A stretch of DNA of 60,987 nucleotides, filler included. It is 3 parts of 3 records of this genome, joined end to end, with 100 filler letters (N's around TTAATTAATTAA, not from the genome) between each part and the next. Parts side by side here need not be neighbours in the genome. Positions count along the whole stretch, not along the records: positions 1 to 20,743 come from SRR31156797_8624; 2 more parts are not named here. The stretch is one strand, 5' to 3'. A program made the position numbers and the translations under genes. Of the stretch, positions 10,418-19,132 are shown in pieces; within the stretch, counting starts at the first letter, position 1, and every line of letters begins with the position of its first letter. The notes beneath the pieces are model-generated. The model had not been told where the DNA came from and did not search any database. It saw only the letters and a list, made by a program, of their open reading frames with translations.

Positions 10418-13400
10418 ATGGGTACTAAAATGAATGTAAAAAAATATATTGTAGCTCTATTGCTGGTCGGCATGGTCCTGACTGCATTTGGAGCTACGAC
10501 CGGAAAGATCAGTGGACGGATCATAGATGCCGGTACGGAACAGCCTCTTCCGGGAGCAAATGTTATCGTTTCCGGTACCTCTTATGGTGCTGCTGCAGAT
10601 CTTGAAGGTTATTATACGATCCTCAACGTCCCTCCCGGTGTTTATTCGGTTGAAGCCTCTTATGTTGGCTATGCCCGTTTAAAACAAAGCGAAGTTGTTG
10701 TCAAGATCGATTTGAATACCAAACTTGATTTCAATATGGCAGTTGAGGCTTTTAAAGGCCAGGAAGTGGTCGTAACGGCACAACGCCCGGTTGTCCGGAC
10801 TGATATCTCCGGTTCGCAAACGAACATCTCAAATGATGAGATCTCTGAAATGCCGGTTAAAAGCGTCAGCGAAGCTGTCTCTTTGCAGGCCGGTGTTGAA
10901 GGCTTATCGATCCGAGGCGGTAACTCAAATGAATTGCTGTATCTCGTTGACGGTATGTCAACCAGTGATCAACGTTCAAATACACCATATACAAGCATTC
11001 CGATGTCCGCTGTTCAGGAAGTTCAGATCCAGGTCGGTGGTTTCTCTGCTGAATATGATAACGCCCGTTCCGGTGTTGTATCGGTTGTGACCAAAAAAGG
11101 TGACAAGAAAGAATACTCCGGAAGTTTCGATGTTCAATATGTTCCGGTACAGCAAAAACAGTTCGGAACACCTTTAGGTGATCCCATGGGTTATTGGCAT
11201 CGCGGATATCTCGATGAAGACGTATGCTGGACAGGTACTGACAACGGTGCATGGGACCTTTATACCAAAGCGCAATATAGAGGCTTTGAAGGCGGATACA
11301 ATGCTTTATCTCAAGAGCTGATGGGTGATTCTGATCCTACAAATGATCTGACCCCTGCTCAGTTAAAAAAGATCTATGAATATGAGCATGACCGTCAATT
11401 GGTTCACGATAAGCCCGATTATGTTGTCGATATGGGTGTAGGTGGTCCGGTTCCTTACGGTGAAAAACTCGGTAACCTGAGATTCTTTGCATCTTATAGA
11501 ACCAATCAGACCGCATATATTATGCCTCTATCACGAGACACATATAATGATGATGCGTTCAGAATGAACGTAACGGCTGACTTGACGCCTAAAACAACAT
11601 TGACAATGATCGGAACTTACGGTAATACTCAATCGGTCAGTGCTACGAATAATAATAATCCATCAACGGGTAGCCATTATACTTCAACATGGTCAGTAGC
11701 CAATCTTGCAACGGTATCTTATGCTGTATTTCAGGATGGTTATAACAACCCAATTGATATTCAAAGAAAAGGCCTTGGCCTTGAATTGAACCACCAGTTC
11801 AATGAACGATCATTTGCAAAATTGTTGGTTAACAGCACTCGCACGGATTATAGTATCACACCGCTTGATTCATTGGACTTAACTGATACATTAAAAATGT
11901 TTCAGGACGTTTTCGGTTCTTATGACCACTGGATAATCAATGACTATCCCAGTGGCTACCACTTGAATTACAGCCCCAGCCTTGTAGATGGTGCCAGAAC
12001 AGACTGGGCCGGCTTTGCCCGTGACGAAAGTTACAATATCGTTACAACAATAAAGGGTGATTACAGAAATCAGATCACACGTAATAACGAGATCAAAACA
12101 GGATTCAACTTCGTTCATACTAAGAACTTCGTAAATTCCTGGATGGTTGCTCCCATGACTACATGGGAAAAATATTATAACTGGGATCAGACCCCGATTC
12201 GCTTGGGTGCCTACATTCTGGATAAACTTGAATTCGAAGGATTGGTCGTAAACGCCGGATTACGTTATGATATGTATCATCTCGGTGGAGAATGGTACGA
12301 CCTGGCACCTTATGATACCTTGTTAAATGCCGTTTATGGTTTCGGTCTTGATACTTTAGCTGATTACAGAAGTACTAAAGCTCAACATAGCTTGAACCCC
12401 CGTATCGGTATTTCGCATCCTATTTCAGTGAATTCAAAATTGTATTTCAACTATGGTCACTTTTCATCCATGCCGACAGCCAGATACTTATATCTTGTTG
12501 ACCGATATGGTGATGGTGGAAATATCAGATATCTGGGTAATCCGGAACTACCTTTCTCAAAAACAATTATGTATGAGTTGGGCTACGAACACAGCTTCTT
12601 CGATATGTTCCTTGCCAAAGTCGCTGCTTTCTATAATGATACAAAAAATCAGGAAGCATGGACAAAATATATCAGTCTTGGCAGTGGAAAGGGTATGACA
12701 AGTTATTATTTGTCAGAATCTCGGGCGTATCGCGATGTTAGCGGTGTTGAATTTACCTTAAAGAAAATGGGTAAATGGTTTACAGGATTTGTAAACTATA
12801 CTTATCAGATCTACAGCTCGGGTTCTTTCGGTGTTCCAATCGAAAAAGAAGAATATGAAACTAACCCGGCCTTGCGTGAACAGGATCTTTTGGATAACCC
12901 TGTAGAGTATTACCCTTATCCTGCTCCTTACGCAAGAGCTAACATTGTTCTAAAGACACCTCGTGACTTCTCTTTTGCCGGCTTAAGTCCTCTTATTACC
13001 GGCGGATGGTCAGTATCTTTACTTGGATCATGGAATGATGGCGGTTACTCCAGTAGAAATTCCTATTCCAGGGTAACTCTACCGGCAGATAATACTATTG
13101 AGTTTCCTTTTGAATGGAAAGATACCTGGTACTGTGACCTTAGGGCTTCAAAGAACCTAAGACTGAACAACACGAACTTGAGAATATATCTTGATATTGA
13201 CAATATTTTCAATATCAAACTCCTATCAACGACCGGACAAACAGGTTCGATCGATTGGCAGGATGGTTATATCAACTCTCTACATCTCTTCTGGGAAGAA
13301 GGGATCTTCAATGGTGATGACAAGATCGGTGATTACAACACCTTTGGTGAATTTGTTCCGATCGAATCACACGAAGACCTAACTGAAATAACAGAACCTC

Positions 13401-13609
13401 TTGAATCAGTACTTTACCACAATAAAGCTGATGGAACTGCAAAAGATGCATCGTTCTATCGCTGGGATGGTACACAGTTTGTACTCCAAGATGGAGCAAC
13501 CGTTGAGGAATTATATGAGAAGAAAGCATACATTGATATGCCGAATCTGACATCCATGACCTTCCTCAATCCCAGAACATTCAAGCTGGGTATTTCAGTT
13601 AACTTTTGA
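10418..13609 (+). CDS. TonB-dependent receptor 2, paralog of 2243-5473
   Basis: Same architecture and motifs (TTGKISG, LPGANV, SIRGG, GGFSAEY, PRIGISHPI, GNPEL); ends in F. The start may be ATG 10430. Confidence 0.92.
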   Translation: MGTKMNVKKYIVALLLVGMVLTAFGATTGKISGRIIDAGTEQPLPGANVIVSGTSYGAAADLEGYYTILNVPPGVYSVEASYVGYARLKQSEVVVKIDLNTKLDFNMAVEAFKGQEVVVTAQRPVVRTDISGSQTNISNDEISEMPVKSVSEAVSLQAGVEGLSIRGGNSNELLYLVDGMSTSDQRSNTPYTSIPMSAVQEVQIQVGGFSAEYDNARSGVVSVVTKKGDKKEYSGSFDVQYVPVQQKQFGTPLGDPMGYWHRGYLDEDVCWTGTDNGAWDLYTKAQYRGFEGGYNALSQELMGDSDPTNDLTPAQLKKIYEYEHDRQLVHDKPDYVVDMGVGGPVPYGEKLGNLRFFASYRTNQTAYIMPLSRDTYNDDAFRMNVTADLTPKTTLTMIGTYGNTQSVSATNNNNPSTGSHYTSTWSVANLATVSYAVFQDGYNNPIDIQRKGLGLELNHQFNERSFAKLLVNSTRTDYSITPLDSLDLTDTLKMFQDVFGSYDHWIINDYPSGYHLNYSPSLVDGARTDWAGFARDESYNIVTTIKGDYRNQITRNNEIKTGFNFVHTKNFVNSWMVAPMTTWEKYYNWDQTPIRLGAYILDKLEFEGLVVNAGLRYDMYHLGGEWYDLAPYDTLLNAVYGFGLDTLADYRSTKAQHSLNPRIGISHPISVNSKLYFNYGHFSSMPTARYLYLVDRYGDGGNIRYLGNPELPFSKTIMYELGYEHSFFDMFLAKVAAFYNDTKNQEAWTKYISLGSGKGMTSYYLSESRAYRDVSGVEFTLKKMGKWFTGFVNYTYQIYSSGSFGVPIEKEEYETNPALREQDLLDNPVEYYPYPAPYARANIVLKTPRDFSFAGLSPLITGGWSVSLLGSWNDGGYSSRNSYSRVTLPADNTIEFPFEWKDTWYCDLRASKNLRLNNTNLRIYLDIDNIFNIKLLSTTGQTGSIDWQDGYINSLHLFWEEGIFNGDDKIGDYNTFGEFVPIESHEDLTEITEPLESVLYHNKADGTAKDASFYRWDGTQFVLQDGATVEELYEKKAYIDMPNLTSMTFLNPRTFKLGISVNF

Positions 13610-13629
13610 GGTGTAAGGAAGAGAAAAAA

Positions 13630-15849
13630 ATGAAAAAAATATTAAAAATACTTTTAATTACAACGATCATCATGGGGACGCTGTTCTCAAGCATACCACT
13701 TTCGACCAGAACATGGGTAAAGGTTGGTTCGCTTCAATCGTTCTTTGACGCTTGGGGCGCTGCCAGAGCCTGGAATGCAAATTATAGCATTTATGAAGGT
13801 CTTCAGTGGCCGGCTTGGTTTGACAGAACAGATAACTTCGTGATTGATCGTCAGTTTATGGCTTGCAGAAACTTCACCAATAGAAACGGGGAAGTGCAGC
13901 CATTCCAATCTGCAAAATTCAGTACAGGTTCAAGCACCAACCAGCTTCTTGCTATCAGTTTGGGTCAAACCGGACGTTATCCTTATACGGAGATTACAGT
14001 TGATGGAACGGCGCAATACTATGATGACTACATTAATGGTAATTACCATACTGAATCCAAGGCAGACAGGATCGTAACGAATGTTATTCATACCAGTCTT
14101 GGTATTAAGATGACAAGAACGGTGTATGCCTTCAGTCAGCAATACCATGACAACTATTTTATCTATGAATATGAGTTCGAAAATACGGGTAACATTGATG
14201 ATGATGACGTTATAGAATTAAGTGAAACCATTCACGATTTCTATTTTGGCAAAATGTCACGTTATTGTACAAGCCGTGAAGCTTATTACGTAACGAATCT
14301 ACGTCAAGCGTCTTGGGGAGCCCATCAGTGGGTTTATCATACACCCATGATCGATGACCCCGAACTACCTTATTATTATACTTGGTTAGGCCAGGCAAAA
14401 ACAGCCGACATTACATTATCCTATGATAATGTTGGTGTGCCTGTACTTCCTGCTGTTGCATCGATTGATGAGGCTCGTATAAAAAGCCCGCAATTTGCAG
14501 GAGCGGCGGTCTTACATACCGATGCAGCTTATAATGATGATACAAATGATAAATCCAAGGTACGCACAGGTTGGTGGATCGGTGATGCCGTTCCTCCCGA
14601 AGGTGCAGATCAACAAGCCTGGAATGCTCTTAATAACAATTATGAAAATCTAGGTAATTTTGATGTTCCTCAGGATGTTTACGGGGGGCATATGGTTGCC
14701 GACCGTTTAGCTCCTTACACGGTTATCAAGGATAGAGGTTCGGCAGGAACGAACAGCTATTTAAGCTTCGGACCTTATGAAATCCCTTTTGGTGAATCAA
14801 TCAAGGTCGTTTTCTGTGAAGGTGTATCCGGCATGGATAGAAAAAAAGCTATCGAAGTAGGTAAAACATGGTACAAAGCCTATAACGGCAATAGCGTAAG
14901 CTTGGATCTACCCGATGATCCGGTTTATCGCGATCCTGAACCTGTTGATCCTAATGCTGACCCCATGGATGTTTACAAAAACATGTGGGTATATACAGGT
15001 AAGGATTCTATCATCAAGACTTTCTATCAAGCAAAGGAAAATTACGAAAGCGGTTATGATATCCCACTTCCTCCTCCTCCTCCTTTGACATTTGATGTAG
15101 TTCCTCAGCCAAATCAGATCACGATCGAATGGGCGGATAATCCTGAAGCTGATCCGAACTTTGAAGGATATCGTTTGTATCGTGCTATGCTTGAACCTGA
15201 TTCATTTTATCATCCTATTTTTGAGTGCAGTGTAAGTGAAGGAAATGTCGCGACCAGTTTCTCTGATACTGAACTTTTACGCGGTATCAACTATTACTAT
15301 TACATAGTATCATATTGTATTGATCCGGTCCTGGGTGAATTGGAAAGTGGACGCGCTTATACGCAAACAACAATACCCTCATCATTGAAAAAACCACCGC
15401 GTGATATTACCGATAGCGGTATATTGATCTCTGATATTGCACTTCAATATGATGCAGGTATGATCAACGATGAAGAACGTATAGATGCGGTTTTGGGTAT
15501 GATTAGGATCGTTCCGAATCCCTACAATATCAAGAACCGGAAGATCACCTTCGGATCAGGCAGCGATAAAGATAAATTGATGTTCTACAATTTACCCGAA
15601 AACTGTACCATACGAATTTTTACCGAACGCGGGGATCTGGTTGATGTAATTGATCATGTCACCATGGAAGGCATGGCCGCTGTTGCCGATGAAGCGTGGA
15701 ACAGCAGTACCGCTTCACGACAGGTTGTAAAAAGCGGTGTTTATATCGCCCATATACAGGTATCGCAAGATATTGTTGAAAGTGAGACCGGCCTGCCCTT
15801 GTTGTATACCGGTGAATCAGTCTTTAAAAAATTCATAATAATCAGATAA
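13630..15849 (+). CDS. Secreted FN3 + T9SS-like CTD protein (paralog B, 739 aa)
   Basis: ATG 13630 follows an AAGGAAGAG RBS; signal peptide; poly-Pro linker; FN3; CTD ending KKFIIIR; homologous to paralog A. Confidence 0.8.
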   Translation: MKKILKILLITTIIMGTLFSSIPLSTRTWVKVGSLQSFFDAWGAARAWNANYSIYEGLQWPAWFDRTDNFVIDRQFMACRNFTNRNGEVQPFQSAKFSTGSSTNQLLAISLGQTGRYPYTEITVDGTAQYYDDYINGNYHTESKADRIVTNVIHTSLGIKMTRTVYAFSQQYHDNYFIYEYEFENTGNIDDDDVIELSETIHDFYFGKMSRYCTSREAYYVTNLRQASWGAHQWVYHTPMIDDPELPYYYTWLGQAKTADITLSYDNVGVPVLPAVASIDEARIKSPQFAGAAVLHTDAAYNDDTNDKSKVRTGWWIGDAVPPEGADQQAWNALNNNYENLGNFDVPQDVYGGHMVADRLAPYTVIKDRGSAGTNSYLSFGPYEIPFGESIKVVFCEGVSGMDRKKAIEVGKTWYKAYNGNSVSLDLPDDPVYRDPEPVDPNADPMDVYKNMWVYTGKDSIIKTFYQAKENYESGYDIPLPPPPPLTFDVVPQPNQITIEWADNPEADPNFEGYRLYRAMLEPDSFYHPIFECSVSEGNVATSFSDTELLRGINYYYYIVSYCIDPVLGELESGRAYTQTTIPSSLKKPPRDITDSGILISDIALQYDAGMINDEERIDAVLGMIRIVPNPYNIKNRKITFGSGSDKDKLMFYNLPENCTIRIFTERGDLVDVIDHVTMEGMAAVADEAWNSSTASRQVVKSGVYIAHIQVSQDIVESETGLPLLYTGESVFKKFIIIR

Positions 15850-15867
15850 ATAAAGAGGTACCATAAA

Positions 15868-16668
15868 ATGAAAAAAAACATAATAAGCAGTTATCTCATT
15901 TTGGCGTTGCTTGCTTTTGCTTTGGTCGGTTGCTTTCAGGCACCACCTTCGATCTATGATCCCATTGATCCGGATGAAGAAAATGCAAAAACACCTACGA
16001 TCACCGCTGTTGACAAAGCAGCCTTGTGGTCTGATGAAATCCTGACGATCACCGGAACTAACTTTTCGGATTCACTGAATGAGAATTTCGTATATTTCTT
16101 TACAGTGAATGAAGCTATCGGAGGCACTGAAGCTGTAGTTAAAGATTCTTTAGTAGTTGATGGAACGTATGAATTAACCAATTACTTCAAGGATGTTGAT
16201 ATTGTCTCAACGGATTATGTAACAACCATTACTGCTACGGTTGCCGGTGTTACAACAACAGAAGAATTTCGTTCAGCTACAGTAACTGAAGGTTATACAA
16301 CAACAGATGCGACGACCTTAGTTCTAACATCTATTGCAACTGAACCTGTATTTACAGCTTTTGATACAACTTGGACTGATACGTCGGAAACACTAACGGA
16401 CACATATCAAGTTGATTCAACCTGGACCATTTCACTTATCGATACGACCGGTTATACCAAGATGGTAAGAACCGTTTCTACGACAAGCGGGATTACAGAT
16501 TGGAACTCACATACGGCCGAAATGGGAACAGTTGTTACAGCAACACCCACTCAGCTTACCGTAACTCCTCCGGATGTTGATATTGTAAACGCAAAAATAG
16601 CAATTCATGTTCAAAATGCTATTGCTCCAGCTGAATGGGGCTATATTGACCTAATGGTCAAACCGTAA
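15868..16668 (+). CDS. Lipoprotein with IPT/TIG-like domain and Thr-rich insert
   Basis: Lipobox LVGC; PTITAV...ILTITGTNF..N.VYF and VVTATPTQLTVTPP are the two halves of an IPT/TIG-like pattern. Confidence 0.7.
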   Translation: MKKNIISSYLILALLAFALVGCFQAPPSIYDPIDPDEENAKTPTITAVDKAALWSDEILTITGTNFSDSLNENFVYFFTVNEAIGGTEAVVKDSLVVDGTYELTNYFKDVDIVSTDYVTTITATVAGVTTTEEFRSATVTEGYTTTDATTLVLTSIATEPVFTAFDTTWTDTSETLTDTYQVDSTWTISLIDTTGYTKMVRTVSTTSGITDWNSHTAEMGTVVTATPTQLTVTPPDVDIVNAKIAIHVQNAIAPAEWGYIDLMVKP

Positions 16669-16678
16669 GTAAACTTAT

Positions 16679-16714
16679 TATGGGTCTGTCATTGATTTGA
16701 CAGACCCATATTTT
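16679..16714 (+). terminator. Intrinsic terminator or stabilising hairpin
   Basis: 13-bp perfect stem TATGGGTCTGTCA/TGACAGACCCATA, 6-nt loop, then TTTT. Confidence 0.75.
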
Positions 16715-16805
16715 GATCGGTTATTCAATATTGATCGATCGGTCCGTATATGTCATTTATTTAGAACCACATTATTTTTAACATCATAACCCGAATGAGG
16801 GTGTC

Positions 16806-19025
16806 ATGAAGAACAATACACTGAAGCTTATATCATTGCTTTTATTGGCCGGTATTGCCTTTTCTGCTATTCCACTTAGCAATAGAACTTGGGTAAAGGT
16901 TGGTTCTATTCAATCACCCTTTGAAGCATGGGGCGCCGAGAGAGGCTATGATGCTAATATTGGACAATATGTTGGTATGCAATGGCCGGCCTGGTATGAT
17001 AGAGTTGATAATTTTGTTATCGACCGGCAGTTCATGGCCTGTCGTAATTTTACGGATAAAAACGGTGACGTTTTGCCTTATAAATCAACAAAGTTCCACA
17101 CGACATCAAGTCCCAATCAGCTTGTACCCATGTTTCTTGAACAGGAAGGAAAGTACCCCTACACGCAGATCACCGTTGATGGTACGGCACAATATTACAG
17201 TGATTTTTTAAATGGAAATATTGATGAAGACCTGATCGCAGATCGTATTGTTACGAATATCGTCCATACGGCACTGGGACTAAAAATGACCCGGCGAATC
17301 CTGGCTTTCTCTCAGCAACACAATGATAATTATTTCATTTACGAGTATACATTTGAAAATACCGGTAATACCGATGATGACGATGTCATTGAATTGAGTT
17401 CAACCATCCATGATTTTTATTTTGGTATGATGTCCAGATACTGCACAAGCAGTGAAGCCAGATATGTAACAAACCTAAGACAAGCCGGCTGGGGGGCACA
17501 TCAGTGGGTTTATCATACTCCCAGGAATGAAAATCCCGATCTGCCATATTTTTACACTTGGCTTGGTCAGGCTAAAACTACCGATATTACAATGCCTTAT
17601 AATAACGTTGGTGTGCCTGTACTGCCAAGCACCGGAACGATCGATGAAGCCCGTATTCGCTGTCCGCAGTTCGCGGGTATGGCCGTTTTACATACTGATG
17701 CGGCCTATAATGATGCAAGCAATGATAAATCGAAGGTAAGAACAGGCTGGTGGTGCGGTGACGCAGTTCCACCTGAAGGATCTGATCAGCAAGCCTGGAC
17801 ATGTTTATACGATAATTATGAAGATCTGGGTACTTTCGATATTCCACAGGATGTTTATGGTGGACATAAAATCGCAGACAGGTTGGCTCCCTATACGGTT
17901 ATCAAAGATCGCGGAGCGGCAGGAACCAACAGCTATTTGAGTTTTGGACCTTATGAGATTCCCATGGGTGAATCAATTAAGATCGTCCTTTGTGAAGGCG
18001 TATCAGGTATGGATCGTAAAAAAGCGATCGAAGTAGGGAAGAAGTGGTACAAGGCCTATAATGGTAATACAGTAACGCTTGATATGCCAGGAGACCCCGA
18101 ATACCATGATCCCGATCCCGTTGATGAGACCGCACCTCTGATGGATATTTATAAAGATTCCTGGGTTTATACGGGAAAAGACTCGATAATAAAAACTTTT
18201 TATAAGGCAAAAGCTAATTACGACAGCGGCTATGACATCCCTTTTGCACCTCCACCTCCATCAAGTTTCGACCTCTTGCCCCAACCTGATCAAATATCAA
18301 TAGAATGGTCAGATAATGCAGAGCTTGATCCCACATTCGAAGGATATCGCATCTATCGTGCCATGCTTGAGCCGGATTCCTTTTATCATCCCATCTTTGA
18401 GTGTTCTGTCAGCGAGGATGATATCGTAAATACCTACTCGGATAAAGAATTGCTGCGAGGAATTAATTACTACTATTACATCGTGTCTTACAGCATAGAT
18501 CCTGTGTTGGGAGAACTTGAAAGCGGTCGTGCTTACACGCAAACAACTATTCCCGCATCATTAAAAAAACCTCCGCGCGACATTACGGATGACGGTACCT
18601 TGATATCCGCAATTGCGCAAAACTATGCAAATGGTTTGATCAATGATGAAGAGAGAGTCGATGCCGTCTTGGGTATGATCAGGATCGTTCCCAATCCATA
18701 CAATATTAAGAATCGAAAGATCACTTTTGGAACGGGTTCAGATAAAGATAAACTGATGTTCTATAATCTACCTGAAAATTGTAAGATTCGTATCTTTACC
18801 GAGAGAGGAGATCTTGTAGATATTATTGAACATGTCACACAGGAAGGTATGGCAGCCGTTGCAGATGAAGCATGGAACAGCAGTACGGAGTCACGACAGG
18901 TTATAAAAAGTGGCGTATATATTGCCCATATTCAAGTGACTGAGAACATAACAGAGGAAGTCACAGGATTACCTCTATTATTTTCCGGTGAATCCATAGT
19001 GAAAAAGTTTATAATTATTAGGTAA
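16806..19025 (+). CDS. Secreted FN3 + T9SS-like CTD protein (paralog C, 739 aa)
   Basis: Colinear and highly similar to 13630-15849; same length; ends KKFIIIR. Confidence 0.8.
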   Translation: MKNNTLKLISLLLLAGIAFSAIPLSNRTWVKVGSIQSPFEAWGAERGYDANIGQYVGMQWPAWYDRVDNFVIDRQFMACRNFTDKNGDVLPYKSTKFHTTSSPNQLVPMFLEQEGKYPYTQITVDGTAQYYSDFLNGNIDEDLIADRIVTNIVHTALGLKMTRRILAFSQQHNDNYFIYEYTFENTGNTDDDDVIELSSTIHDFYFGMMSRYCTSSEARYVTNLRQAGWGAHQWVYHTPRNENPDLPYFYTWLGQAKTTDITMPYNNVGVPVLPSTGTIDEARIRCPQFAGMAVLHTDAAYNDASNDKSKVRTGWWCGDAVPPEGSDQQAWTCLYDNYEDLGTFDIPQDVYGGHKIADRLAPYTVIKDRGAAGTNSYLSFGPYEIPMGESIKIVLCEGVSGMDRKKAIEVGKKWYKAYNGNTVTLDMPGDPEYHDPDPVDETAPLMDIYKDSWVYTGKDSIIKTFYKAKANYDSGYDIPFAPPPPSSFDLLPQPDQISIEWSDNAELDPTFEGYRIYRAMLEPDSFYHPIFECSVSEDDIVNTYSDKELLRGINYYYYIVSYSIDPVLGELESGRAYTQTTIPASLKKPPRDITDDGTLISAIAQNYANGLINDEERVDAVLGMIRIVPNPYNIKNRKITFGTGSDKDKLMFYNLPENCKIRIFTERGDLVDIIEHVTQEGMAAVADEAWNSSTESRQVIKSGVYIAHIQVTENITEEVTGLPLLFSGESIVKKFIIIR

Positions 19026-19060
19026 AAAGCTATTTTACATTGATTTTATGCTAAAATTTC

Positions 19061-19089
19061 TTGCATGAGATTGTAATTTTTGTTATCAT
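19061..19089 (+). promoter_or_regulatory. sigma70 promoter with extended -10
   Basis: TTGCAT-N17-TATCAT with TG at the extended position; AAGGAG RBS before ATG 19133. Confidence 0.6.
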
Positions 19090-19132
19090 TAAACGATTGA
19101 GTTAATTAATATAACTAAACAAGGAGAAAGAA

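Noticed and set aside
13606-13629. Longer ORF-track starts (13606; also 9379, 34060, 46011, 59688)
   Set aside because: Downstream ATGs give clean signal peptides, and for 13630 and 9400 a better-placed RBS.
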